Source: Candidatus Lokiarchaeum ossiferum (GTDB taxonomy: Archaea > Asgardarchaeota > Lokiarchaeia > Sigyniarchaeales > Promethearchaeaceae). From it: DNA of 32,000 nucleotides. Position 1 is the stretch's first letter. Each line of letters opens with the position of its first letter. Shown one piece after another: positions 1 to 8,999 of this stretch. Where the stretch lies: NCBI GenBank assembly GCA_025839675.1, contig CP104013.1, positions 420,001 to 452,000 of the forward strand, written 5' to 3'. Both the position numbers and the translations under genes were made by a program. Under the pieces are notes generated by a model, which had not been told where the DNA came from, did not search any database, and was given only the letters and a program-made list of their open reading frames with translations.

Positions 1-2
1 TC

Positions 3-620
3 TTTTTAATAACTGCAGCGTTAATCGATCCAATTGTATTGTTGGTATCCAGAAATCAGTTAACATTAGAATTGGCAGATATTATGATTAATAAAGGTGC
101 ATCTATTTCATTTTCGTTGACAGCAGTAGCGAACATATTTTTGTTATTATTTCAAAAGGATGTTTTTTATCTTAATAGAAAATCAACTTTAATAGGGGTT
201 TTAATTGTAATTGAAATTTTTATTGCAATAATAACTCCAATCTTAGGACTCATGAGTATAGATATCTTTATTTTGCTTGTTATTCATTTGCTTACAAGTT
301 TCATAATTTATGGTAATCAAGCACAAAAGGCAAATCAAGTAAGCAAAAAAAGTGTTAGTAGAGAGGATGTAGTTGGAAAAAAAGGATTAAGTTATTTAAA
401 ATTCTCTGGGATAGTTTTAAGCTTCGTTCTAGTTTCATTTATTTTCCAAGAAATAATTAGAATGTTCAAAGATTTCTTTATTCCAATTGGATTAATTGAT
501 GAGTTAGGTTGTTCACTTTTTGTACCCCTTGCTTGGCTATTAAGTCTAATTGGGCTTTATTGCATGTATATTGGTTATTTAATGCCTGAATGGATTAAAA
601 AACGATGGGAAAAAAAGTAA
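3..620 (+). CDS. Integral membrane protein, 5'-truncated by the window edge, function unknown
   Basis: The frame is open from nt 3 with no stop before the listed TTG at 39, so the gene probably starts upstream of the window. The translation has long hydrophobic runs (e.g. LIGVLIVIEIFIAIITPILGLMSIDIFILLVIHLL, GIVLSFVLVSFIF, LAWLLSLIGLYCMYIGYL), consistent with several TM helices. Confidence 0.5.
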   Translation, partial: FLITAALIDPIVLLVSRNQLTLELADIMINKGASISFSLTAVANIFLLLFQKDVFYLNRKSTLIGVLIVIEIFIAIITPILGLMSIDIFILLVIHLLTSFIIYGNQAQKANQVSKKSVSREDVVGKKGLSYLKFSGIVLSFVLVSFIFQEIIRMFKDFFIPIGLIDELGCSLFVPLAWLLSLIGLYCMYIGYLMPEWIKKRWEKK

Positions 621-728
621 CTGCCTAATTAGCCTAATTTCATCTTCATAAAGAATAATGGCCTTTTTACTTAGATCAACTTAATTCAACCGATTTAAGT
701 AATGATCTTTCAAATTCTCTAGGCATGA

Positions 729-1268
729 TTAGCCGAAAATATAATACATGGAAAATCCGATAGTTGAAACGAGCATTACTACAAGTAAATCTCGACCATT
801 AGGCCAATTATACCGTTTTCGTAACCTTACATCCAATAAAAATGAACTACCGTATACAATCAATATTCCAATGAGAAAGGGTGTTACTTCTCCAGGAGGA
901 ACAAAATTAGGGATACCAGCAATATACATATATAACCCAGAGATTAAAAGAGGAGGATGCATAGTGATTCTTTCCACAAAAAGCCATCTTCGGTTCTTCT
1001 TCCAATAAGTGCGTTTTTTAAATTTACTATAAAAATTATAATCCCATACCGATGTGAATATCATTGCAGGAAAACACACGGCAATGATGACATTAAATAT
1101 TGCAGATTGTAGATTGAATATAAGCATCATACAGAAGTAATAATTGACTAATCTACTTACATAAAACCGGCGAAATTGCAATTCTTCTCGTAATTTGTAT
1201 AAACTTAACCAAATTCGAAATAGAAGAAATAAGCCTCCAAAAATGGGGATCAGTACTTGTGTAGCCAT
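729..1268 (-). CDS. Multi-pass membrane protein, function unknown
   Basis: 179-aa ORF with an ATG start and about 5-6 hydrophobic segments separated by K/R-rich loops (KFKKRTYWKKNRRW). No catalytic motif recognised. The antisense 86-aa ORF (748..1008) is treated as a shadow. Confidence 0.5.
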   Translation of the reverse strand: MATQVLIPIFGGLFLLFRIWLSLYKLREELQFRRFYVSRLVNYYFCMMLIFNLQSAIFNVIIAVCFPAMIFTSVWDYNFYSKFKKRTYWKKNRRWLFVERITMHPPLLISGLYMYIAGIPNFVPPGEVTPFLIGILIVYGSSFLLDVRLRKRYNWPNGRDLLVVMLVSTIGFSMYYIFG

Positions 1269-1425
1269 ATTTAGATTACCTGAAAGCCATATTCATAATA
1301 ATTTTAAAAAAACTTTTAAAATTAACTGCTGAATTCAATATTTAGCAGTTTAATTTTTCATATAGTCGGAATAATCTATGAAATAATTTATAATTTGAGT
1401 AATAAATCTTTACATGTAATAAAAA

Positions 1426-2799
1426 ATGATTGAAATAGAAACGATGAAAAAAAAGATTTCACCCAAAAAAAATCTCTTTTGGGAAGATATCAAAGGTGAG
1501 TTTAAGTTATTAAGGAAAAGCAATGTACTTTGCTTTGGAATTGTCTTAAATGCAATCTTTGTTGTACTTATAATCCTTTTATTCATCCTGTCAGAATATT
1601 CTGAAAAAGTAGATCTTGCATTCATGTCTTTCGATTTTCGGATTTTTTATACATCCTTTAGTTTAATTCGCTCAAATCCATCTGCATTATACACGTCTCA
1701 GCAGTATGAATTTCCTTTTCGCTATCTTCCAATCTTTTCTTACATGAACTCTTTTATTTCTTTAATTCCTTATCCGATAGCATTTATAATTCACACTTTG
1801 ATAATGGAAATACTGCATATATTTTCATTTGTTTTATTTCTTGTCTTATCTAAGCGATTTTATAATGTTGAATTTAATTCAAAACGAAGAAAAAGTTATT
1901 TACTAATTGGAATCGTTGCTCCGCTTCAAGTTCCGAATTTAGCATTCGGACAAATTTCTGAAATTTATATTTTACTAGTTCTTTGTAGCATTATTTTAAT
2001 AGAAAATGAAAAAATCGAACGTTATCAGATTCGAGGGGCAAAGTTTTTATCGGGATTTTTGATTGGCTTAGCAAGCTTATATAAACCATTTGGAATTCTA
2101 TTAATTCCTTTATTGCTTAAAGGATCTATATCATGGAAAAAGAAAAAGTTTCAAATCTCTTTCAAATCTAGTTTTATAGCATTATTGGGATATATCATGC
2201 CAATACTTCCAAATATATTTTTCTGGGTTATGTATCCTAATTTATTGCAAGATTTTATAAAGATAAATCAATCTGCTCAAATCTTAATTTATCCAAGTAC
2301 AAGCATCACACGAGTTCTCGGATTATTACCTAAATTTTTAAACTTTTCAATTTCTCAAACCATCTTAATGATTATATTAGCAGCCATACTTTTTGGGTTC
2401 ATATATGGAATTTTCCTTATAATTCCTTTACACAAACGAAATTATTCAATGTTCTTTGGATTGAGTCACTTGATTTTGTTAATAGTCTATCCCGATTCTT
2501 GGTTTCTATATTTCCATATTTGGTTTTTTGTTGCTTTGCCTGGAATTTTGAACATTGAAGATGCCCTTAATAGAAAAGCAGACAATTTAAAACAAAAACA
2601 AAAACAAAAAATGCTGACTTCATCAAAAATAATATTCATTATTTGCAATTATGGTATGGTTTACTTTACCTTAGGAATTGTTATTGCAATGCTATTAACA
2701 GAGATTGATATTATTTTTCCAATTTTACTACTAATCCTTTTATACGTAATTCTCTGGCAACTAATTCTTTTTCTAAAGATTCCAGAAGAAACCAATTGA
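1426..2799 (+). CDS. Polytopic membrane protein, possibly a GT-C-type glycosyltransferase (DUF2029/GT87-like)
   Basis: 457 aa with more than 10 predicted TM segments. The short N-terminal loop 'YEFPFRYLPIFSY' and the 'YKPFGILLIPLLL' segment resemble DUF2029-type GT-C proteins, judged by pattern memory only. Contains a KQKQKQK tract encoded by (CAAAAA)3 near 2592-2609. Confidence 0.5.
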   Translation: MIEIETMKKKISPKKNLFWEDIKGEFKLLRKSNVLCFGIVLNAIFVVLIILLFILSEYSEKVDLAFMSFDFRIFYTSFSLIRSNPSALYTSQQYEFPFRYLPIFSYMNSFISLIPYPIAFIIHTLIMEILHIFSFVLFLVLSKRFYNVEFNSKRRKSYLLIGIVAPLQVPNLAFGQISEIYILLVLCSIILIENEKIERYQIRGAKFLSGFLIGLASLYKPFGILLIPLLLKGSISWKKKKFQISFKSSFIALLGYIMPILPNIFFWVMYPNLLQDFIKINQSAQILIYPSTSITRVLGLLPKFLNFSISQTILMIILAAILFGFIYGIFLIIPLHKRNYSMFFGLSHLILLIVYPDSWFLYFHIWFFVALPGILNIEDALNRKADNLKQKQKQKMLTSSKIIFIICNYGMVYFTLGIVIAMLLTEIDIIFPILLLILLYVILWQLILFLKIPEETN

Positions 2800-2834
2800 T
2801 GCAGAATTAATACAAATTATCTCAAAAGTTTAGG

Positions 2835-2844
2835 AAAAAAAAAA
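2835..2844 (-). terminator. Oligo-T tract (T10 on the minus strand) just after the stop of the oxidoreductase operon
   Basis: The plus strand reads A10 at 2835-2844. The minus-strand stop (TAA, 2846-2848) is followed by A then T10. Archaeal termination typically uses oligo-T. Confidence 0.4.
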
Positions 2845-2845
2845 T

Positions 2846-4447
2846 TTATTTCTTCTTTTTCAAAATAGATTGAGCAGCATGCCAACCCGTCAAAATTGCA
2901 ATGGGAATTCCGGAAGGACTATACGCCCATTGCCCTGCTTTCAATACGTTTGGAATAGGTGTGTTAACAGAATTAACCATTTTTTTGAGGTCATTTACAA
3001 CAGGCACTGGTGTTTCAAATGACCATCCGGTAATTCCACCTTCTGAACTCCCCACAATTCTTGAAATATCTAAAGGTGTTGAAGAAAATTGAAATAGAAT
3101 TTTATCTTTTATTCCAGGATATAATTGTTCACCAAGCGTATCCAAAATACGATTCTCAACTTCTATTTTGAATTCATCATACCAACCTGCTTCATGTACT
3201 TTTTTTATTAAGTCATATTCAAAGAGGAAGCTAAAAATAATACCAGTTTTTCCTTCTGGTGCTAAAGAAGCATCCCTGAGGGCAGGAATTGATATTTCAT
3301 AAGTATTTAATTGACAATATTCGTCCAACCATTGCAATAATTCTTCTTTCGACACATTTTCAAAATTTGTCAGTATAGATTGGAGTTTAGATCGAAATAA
3401 CTCATTGAGACCTTGTTTTGAAGGTGTATAAAAGAAGTGTCCATTAGATATAGAAGCAAATTTTGCAGGAATCTCATCCACTCCAATCATAAATGAAAAG
3501 ATAGAATCCCCTCCACGGTGAGAAAGATACTTTTCATTATGGGCAGCAATATTTTCGGAAATGCTCGCATCTAGATTTTGAGGATTGATAATTTGATATA
3601 AGGTTTTTAAATCGGCACACCAAATGAGATTGTCATATTCGTAGGAATTACCGAGGACATCTAATATTTTTTGCTCAGAAGGAATAATTTTAGAGATTTG
3701 TGTGTCAAATTTGATCTTTCCCCCCCACTCAAGGATTTTTTTTCGAATTGAGTTAGGTAATTCCCCTGTCCCGCCTTTTGGATAAAAATAATCAAGGTAT
3801 ACATAATAGTAACCTAATGCAAAGAAAGTAGGTGTCTTTTTAAAGAAATGCTGATCAATTATATCAATGAGCGAGCGATTTGAGGATAATTTGTGTAAAA
3901 AGGATTCAACGGGTTCATTCAAGCGACTTATACGGCGAAGAGTAAAAAAGAACTTTCCTACCCATGGAAGTAGTTCTTTAAATATGAATTGCTTATCATG
4001 TTTTAAATCTCTAAAATAAGGATTATCAATTCCATATAATACTCCCATATCCTTCAAAATCTTTTTTATATAGACAAAAATTTTACTAATATCTTTGAGA
4101 CTTTCGGGATAGAGTTTCTCTAATAATTTTCGGTAATCTTCCAAACGATCGAGGGAATCAAAATTGATTATTTCATTTTCAATCCCAATTGAGACAGGAC
4201 TATCAATTAAGTCAAGTTCAATTCCAAGATCCCTTAACATAGGACGTACGATTCCGGAGTTTTCAATAGATCTTGCTCCAGCATCAAACAGAAAACCATC
4301 TCGCTCAAATGATGTTAGAAGCCCTCCACATTCATTATTTTTTTCAAGTAAAAGAACATCCATTCCAGCTTTAGATAAATATGCCGCCGCTGTTAAACCA
4401 GCCATTCCTGCCCCAACAATTACAACTCGAGAATTTTGAGAATTCAT
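2846..4447 (-). CDS. FAD-dependent oxidoreductase, phytoene-desaturase (CrtI)/amine-oxidase-like
   Basis: N-terminal dinucleotide-binding motif [35 protein letters not shown]. Length (533 aa) and the C-terminal GxWxxxGxG-like segment ([18 protein letters not shown]) fit CrtI-family flavoenzymes. Overlaps the upstream SDR gene by 4 bp. Confidence 0.85.
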   Translation of the reverse strand: MNSQNSRVVIVGAGMAGLTAAAYLSKAGMDVLLLEKNNECGGLLTSFERDGFLFDAGARSIENSGIVRPMLRDLGIELDLIDSPVSIGIENEIINFDSLDRLEDYRKLLEKLYPESLKDISKIFVYIKKILKDMGVLYGIDNPYFRDLKHDKQFIFKELLPWVGKFFFTLRRISRLNEPVESFLHKLSSNRSLIDIIDQHFFKKTPTFFALGYYYVYLDYFYPKGGTGELPNSIRKKILEWGGKIKFDTQISKIIPSEQKILDVLGNSYEYDNLIWCADLKTLYQIINPQNLDASISENIAAHNEKYLSHRGGDSIFSFMIGVDEIPAKFASISNGHFFYTPSKQGLNELFRSKLQSILTNFENVSKEELLQWLDEYCQLNTYEISIPALRDASLAPEGKTGIIFSFLFEYDLIKKVHEAGWYDEFKIEVENRILDTLGEQLYPGIKDKILFQFSSTPLDISRIVGSSEGGITGWSFETPVPVVNDLKKMVNSVNTPIPNVLKAGQWAYSPSGIPIAILTGWHAAQSILKKKK

Positions 4448-5382
4448 TCCATCCCCACCAATTGCAAACTTTTATCCCATAGTCGTTCCGCCATATCCAT
4501 ATCTAAGGCAGGAGGTGCAGGTTCTTCTTCAGTGGTTAGGTTGAAAAATTTACCACTCTCTGTTTCAATATCTTTTGACACACCAAGATAATATAACGAT
4601 TCTGCTGAAATCTTGGGCGATTTTGCGGAAGGATTGATAAAATGGTGTTTGAAAAACCGATAAAGTTTGCCATTATTTTCTCCCATATTTGTTTTCACAT
4701 CACCAGGATGCATAGCATTTATGGTTACACCACTATTATTGAAATATTCCTTAAATTTGAGCATTGATAGAAGTTGGGCAACTTTTGCAGATCCATATCC
4801 TTTCAAACCAGTGTACCTGTGTTTTTTCCAACGAAGATCATCAATTTTCAGCCCAGAAATGGCAAAACGATGGCCCTCCGAATTAACAAATATGATTCTT
4901 GCATGATTTTGAGCTTTCAATTTATCCTTAAGCATATAATTTAAAATAAAAGAGCCAAGGTAATTTACTTGAAAAACAGTTTCAATATCATCGTCAGTAA
5001 ATTTTTTCTTTGTCAAATAAACGCCTGCATTATGAATTAAAACATCGATAGTTTGATTTAGAGCCAAAATATCAGTAGCCACCTTTTTTATTTCTTCAAG
5101 ATGAGTAAAATCTGCAATTTTATAATTACATTCAACCCCATATTCTTGTTTAATTTCTTCGCACAAATTGATAGATTTTTCTTCATTTCGATTTATACAA
5201 AGGAGGTTAGCACCTTTTGATGCGAATTTAATTGCTGTGTGATATCCAATTCCCGTTGTTGCCCCAGTAATAAGCACTAAGCGTCCAGTGAAATCCTCTT
5301 GACATTCAATAGGATCCACCTTATTATTCCGTAGCATCGCCCGAATATTTGACCATTTATACTCTTTTAAATATTTATTCAT
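4444..5382 (-). CDS. Short-chain dehydrogenase/reductase (SDR)
   Basis: TGxxxGxG cofactor motif ([13 protein letters not shown]), NNAG-like motif (IHNAGV) and catalytic YxxxK (YGSAK). 4-bp overlap with the downstream flavoenzyme gene. Confidence 0.85.
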   Translation of the reverse strand: MNKYLKEYKWSNIRAMLRNNKVDPIECQEDFTGRLVLITGATTGIGYHTAIKFASKGANLLCINRNEEKSINLCEEIKQEYGVECNYKIADFTHLEEIKKVATDILALNQTIDVLIHNAGVYLTKKKFTDDDIETVFQVNYLGSFILNYMLKDKLKAQNHARIIFVNSEGHRFAISGLKIDDLRWKKHRYTGLKGYGSAKVAQLLSMLKFKEYFNNSGVTINAMHPGDVKTNMGENNGKLYRFFKHHFINPSAKSPKISAESLYYLGVSKDIETESGKFFNLTTEEEPAPPALDMDMAERLWDKSLQLVGME

Positions 5383-5387
5383 TTTAA

Positions 5388-5828
5388 TTACCCAAATTTT
5401 TTCTTCATAAACTTCCGATATCTTTTAGCTAGCTTTGGAATATTATCAAAAATATCACCCCAAAGATCATAATAATCCCGTTGATCAATAATTTTTCCTG
5501 CTTCGTTCAAGGTTAGTCGACTGGAACCAAACATTGTAGAATTTGGGTATTTTCCAAAGCTTAAATTCATCTCCCATTCCAAAAAAATGATATTTTCTTC
5601 CTTCACACTATTCACAATTTTCATTTTCAAATCTTTAGAACGCTTAACTAAACGTTCAGTCATTTGTTTAAACTCTTCAATACCATGAATCGTTTGAATG
5701 GAATCCCGGAAAATTATTTTTTCATCATAATATGGAATGATATGCGACCAATCTGGCTTCCCATCAGTATTATAAATATTGGTCCATAACTCACATAATT
5801 GTTCTTTATCAATAATCGAGAGGCTCAT
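5388..5828 (-). CDS. NTF2/SnoaL-like fold protein
   Basis: 146 aa. The pattern 'YYDEKIIFRDSIQTIHGIEEFKQM' matches the SnoaL-like 'Y..d..f.D....i.G...i...f' signature. First gene of the three-gene minus-strand operon, 5 bp from the SDR. Confidence 0.6.
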   Translation of the reverse strand: MSLSIIDKEQLCELWTNIYNTDGKPDWSHIIPYYDEKIIFRDSIQTIHGIEEFKQMTERLVKRSKDLKMKIVNSVKEENIIFLEWEMNLSFGKYPNSTMFGSSRLTLNEAGKIIDQRDYYDLWGDIFDNIPKLAKRYRKFMKKKFG

Positions 5829-6300
5829 GATCAGTATCCAATAAAATCCTAAATCGAGATCTTATATTAATGTTCTATTTCAAAGTTAATAAATCGATTT
5901 GAAAATGCAATTTAAATAGTTAGGCAATTTGAACTAATTCCTTGTTTTATATTAGTAAATTATTTATATCTACTAAAAATTGAATAGTTGGAACAATTTC
6001 TTGGAATATACCAATCTAAGATTTGAAAATCTTCGTAAATATATGATTTTATGAGCTTTACCACCTCACTAAATTGGTACAATTCTTGTTTACTTAGATT
6101 TAATTTTAGTAAAATGAGTATTTATATAAAACAGTTTTTACATTATTTTAAATTTCTTCTAAATCTGTAAATTATTTCTTTACAATGATTTCACCTGACT
6201 TTACCTTGACTATTTACAACGCCTTCTTCTATAATAAATTTGAATAGATGATTTATATTGATTAAAATTAATTATTTATTGTTAAAGTTCAAATGATGAG

Positions 6301-6789
6301 TTGCAATCTAAAATGAATTCACAAAAAAACAAATATGCAAGCATGTTAGAATGCTACCAAGCAAATAAACTACCTAGGGGGAATAATGGAAGTTTTTTTC
6401 ATGTAAAACTTATTAGATATTATAAAAGATTTGCTCATTTCCATGCTTTTGATCAAGAATCAGCAATTCCTATCGATGAATTTGCATCTGATCCCAAATT
6501 TCAGGTGAATTTAACTAGAGGATACATGGAAATGGGATTTATTAGAAATACTCCCGATTTTCGCACTTATTTTCAACTCCGTAATATTTTCTGGACGATA
6601 TTTATCGAGCTTCTATTAGTTTCCGTATTAACTGGACTCTGGATAAATGCCAATTTACAAATATGGTTTCTGTTTACCCCTTTATTGCTTTTTATAATAT
6701 ATAATCTATTAAATTTATTTATAGTCATTTATGCATTGCTCAAGCACAAATTTTACAGGAATAATAAAGAAAAAAACGTTTTTGATTAA
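6301..6789 (+). CDS. Hypothetical protein with a C-terminal two-TM anchor
   Basis: The ORF begins at TTG 6301. An ATG at 6313 (MNSQKNKY...) is the more plausible start. The soluble N-terminal half is followed by two hydrophobic helices (IFWTIFIELLLVSVLTGLWI, IWFLFTPLLLFIIYNLLNLFIVIYALL). No family recognised. Confidence 0.45.
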   Translation: MQSKMNSQKNKYASMLECYQANKLPRGNNGSFFHVKLIRYYKRFAHFHAFDQESAIPIDEFASDPKFQVNLTRGYMEMGFIRNTPDFRTYFQLRNIFWTIFIELLLVSVLTGLWINANLQIWFLFTPLLLFIIYNLLNLFIVIYALLKHKFYRNNKEKNVFD

Positions 6790-6796
6790 ATTTTTA

Positions 6797-7819
6797 CTAA
6801 GAATTTATCCCATTATTGAATTCTTCAGAGATTTTTTTTATATTTGCTTGTGAAAGGATTTTTTGATGTCTTAAAGTCTTTAACACAGCTTTCAGTATCA
6901 ATCTCCTCTCTTCTTCATTTTTTTTTTGATCATAAGTTTTTTCTGAACCAATTTTGCATTTTTCAAGAAAATTTAAGGAAGTATTAATTGATTCTTGAAT
7001 AATTTTAGAGATATTGCGGGAACTAAATGTTTTATACTGTGAATCTATGTAAGGTGTAGTCCACTCTTCCATGATCCGATCTTTAATCAAATTCGCATAT
7101 GCACCATTAATTTCATACCCAATCCCTCGACGTTGAGTAAGACGAGTCATTTTTAATGTAGTTCCACTTCCTAAAAAGGGATCCACAACCAATTCATTTT
7201 TCAATGTGTGCATTCGAATCAATCGATATGGAATATCTTCAGGATATGGGGCACTATGTCCAAATAGGTTCTCTTTGTGTTGATTAATTTTAATTACAGG
7301 AGAAATGTCATCCCAAACCATCCGTACAGCCCAATGGCGCCACTCATCCTTTGAAAGAAGTGATTGGTTCACTAAATGCTTATTTAGAGGGCGCGTTTTT
7401 CCCGGTTTTACAAAAGTATAAATTTGCTCAAAAGCAGTATTTGTGGCAATATTGGAGGGTTTAGGATATGACCCCCAAGATACATTATTGATATAGGGTG
7501 CTTTATCCCAAAAAATCATTCCACTTAGAAATAAACCTTGATCAAACATGAAGTTCTCCACATCATTCATAATGTCCTTAATTACTCTTCTTCCATAGCC
7601 AGATTTCTGCGATGATATAGGAAGGGGTTGTAAATTGATCGCAATTTTCCCATTGGGTTGTAATACACGAACACATTCTTTCCAGACTCGGTTTAAAGCA
7701 AGGATGTAGTCTTTGTAAGATTGTTGAAAGCCAATTTGATCAGATCCATAGTCACGTACATCCCAATAAGGAGGAGAAGTTACCACTAAGGTTACCGTCT
7801 CATCTTCGATTTCGTCCAT
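6797..7819 (-). CDS. DNA methyltransferase, beta-class N4/N6 type (motif IV before motif I), SPPY variant
   Basis: Catalytic motif IV 'VVTSPPYW' near the N-terminus and AdoMet motif I 'VVDPFLGSGTT' near residue 210 give the circular permutation typical of N-4/N-6 DNA methylases. No adjacent nuclease-like ORF. Confidence 0.85.
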   Translation of the reverse strand: MDEIEDETVTLVVTSPPYWDVRDYGSDQIGFQQSYKDYILALNRVWKECVRVLQPNGKIAINLQPLPISSQKSGYGRRVIKDIMNDVENFMFDQGLFLSGMIFWDKAPYINNVSWGSYPKPSNIATNTAFEQIYTFVKPGKTRPLNKHLVNQSLLSKDEWRHWAVRMVWDDISPVIKINQHKENLFGHSAPYPEDIPYRLIRMHTLKNELVVDPFLGSGTTLKMTRLTQRRGIGYEINGAYANLIKDRIMEEWTTPYIDSQYKTFSSRNISKIIQESINTSLNFLEKCKIGSEKTYDQKKNEEERRLILKAVLKTLRHQKILSQANIKKISEEFNNGINS

Positions 7820-8026
7820 ATGCTCTGAGGAAGAGAAAAAAATTTGCTGGTTTTCAATTTCAAGATGTGTGATTTTCGAGCACCCTATTATATTTGTTCA
7901 TCCTTTATTTTTTAATTTCTGTCTTTAAAATCGACAAAATAGTTTTACCTAGACGATCATTTGAGCAAATAAACAAATAAAAAAGTAAAAATAGCTTAAG
8001 AGATATTTACTCTTGTTGATATTTTA

Positions 8027-8773
8027 ATGAGACGTATTAAAGACGATCCGAACATAAATCCCAAGGATTTGCGAAAAGAAACGATTTTTGTTGCTTCTTC
8101 AGCGATTATTTTATTCATTTTTCTTCTAATTTGGTCTATTATATACACCTTCATTGATGCAATCGTAGTTATGGGATTAGGGTTTTTCATGCTTGTTCCT
8201 GCCTTTGTAACAAATGGAATGATGGTATTAGCGGGTAAAATAAAAGGAATAAAAAGTTACCCAATGGATGGCGGTCGCTATTACAAAGATGGAAAACGTA
8301 TTTTAGGAGATGGCAAAACATGGAACGGATTTATTGGTGGATGGATCTTAGGATTTGTAGTAAGCTCAATTATTTGTTGGTGGTTTCTCAATCGAATTGG
8401 TGAAGCACAAGTTTATGATAATTTTAAGCTTATTGATCAAGATTACGTCTTATCCTTTCTGGATTTAATCATGAATGATGATAATCATGTTAATTATCCC
8501 ATGTATTTTCTCAGCCAAGCAGTTATTGCTTTAGGAAGTCCAATTGGAGATGCAATTGGAAGTTTTATTAAAAGAAGAACATCCCTCGAACGCGGGGAAG
8601 TGTTCTTGTTTTGGGATCAAAATGATTTCGTAATAGTCTCATCCGCCTTAGCCTTATTTTTCTTCCCTTTACGATGGTATTATTGGGTTTTTCTACTATT
8701 AATTACTCCTTTATTAACGGCATTAGCTAATTGGGTCGGTTATTTAATAAACAAAAAAGATGTTCCGTGGTAA
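8027..8773 (+). CDS. carS: CDP-2,3-bis-(O-geranylgeranyl)-sn-glycerol (CDP-archaeol) synthase, DUF46 family, unusually long
   Basis: Signature segments 'DGKRILGDGKTWNGFIGG' and 'GDAIGSFIKRRTSLERGEVFLFWDQNDF' match the conserved CarS cytoplasmic loops, within a polytopic membrane context. 248 aa versus about 170-180 aa typical. Confidence 0.75.
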   Translation: MRRIKDDPNINPKDLRKETIFVASSAIILFIFLLIWSIIYTFIDAIVVMGLGFFMLVPAFVTNGMMVLAGKIKGIKSYPMDGGRYYKDGKRILGDGKTWNGFIGGWILGFVVSSIICWWFLNRIGEAQVYDNFKLIDQDYVLSFLDLIMNDDNHVNYPMYFLSQAVIALGSPIGDAIGSFIKRRTSLERGEVFLFWDQNDFVIVSSALALFFFPLRWYYWVFLLLITPLLTALANWVGYLINKKDVPW

Positions 8774-8834
8774 CCTAAAACAAGGATTATCTCATCAATA
8801 AAACACTATTGATAAAAAAAGCGATTGATTGGGC

Positions 8835-8850
8835 TTTTTACTCCTTTTTT
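8835..8850 (+). terminator. T-tracts downstream of carS
   Basis: gggcTTTTTactccTTTTTTc lies 60-75 nt after the carS stop, in the convergent gap with the MBL gene. Confidence 0.3.
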
Positions 8851-8999
8851 CTTTCCTTGTATGTATATTTGTATATTTCATTTGATCAAAATAACGAATG
8901 AAAGCATAAATTTGGTTAAATATGATACCTTTCTTTTTGAGAATTATTATAAATGAATAAAAAGACCAATATGAGGGCATATCGTCAAATAAGAAGAAG

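Noticed and set aside
748-1008. 86-aa plus-strand ORF antisense to the 179-aa membrane protein gene. The same applies to 2901..3092, 4164..4439, 4667..4906, 12102..12287, 12375..12566, 12900..13139, 14313..14552, 15619..15867, 16628..16889, 19574..20123, 24340..24573, 24865..25047, 25234..25428, 26808..26993, 27228..27452, 27851..28090, 30558..30803, 30974..31522 and 31747..31977.
   Set aside because: All are nested in, or antisense to, longer ORFs that carry clear family motifs or paralogy. A/T-rich genomes generate many such spurious ORFs.
3720-3726. C7 (G7 on the coding strand) homopolymer inside the CrtI-like gene, and the (CAAAAA)3 repeat at 2592-2609 in the GT-C-like gene, as possible phase-variation switches
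   Set aside because: Both are in frame in intact genes. The hexanucleotide repeat preserves the frame on slippage. A single G7 tract without population data is insufficient evidence.
5896-6030. GATTTGAAAAT repeated twice (about 5896-5906 and 6020-6030) in the 470-bp intergenic region upstream of the NTF2/SDR operon
   Set aside because: An 11-mer of almost pure A/T recurring once in a 470-bp A/T-rich spacer is not clearly beyond chance, and there is no symmetry or phasing.
6293-6360. C-box-like AUGAUGA (6293-6299), which could start a C/D-box sRNA
   Set aside because: No CUGA D or D' box occurs within the next roughly 70 nt, and the sequence runs straight into the 6301/6313 ORF start. This is most likely coincidence.
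6301-7819. Possibility that the 162-aa ORF and the methyltransferase form a restriction-modification pair
   Set aside because: The small protein ends in two clear TM helices and has no PD-(D/E)xK-, HNH- or GIY-YIG-like motif that I can see. The genes are convergent rather than co-oriented. I call the methyltransferase solitary instead.
8794-8813. Hairpin ATCAATA-aaacac-TATTGAT after carS as an intrinsic terminator
   Set aside because: The stem is A/T-only (weak) and is followed by an A-run, not a T-run, on the carS strand. The downstream T-tracts (8835-8850) are a better terminator candidate.
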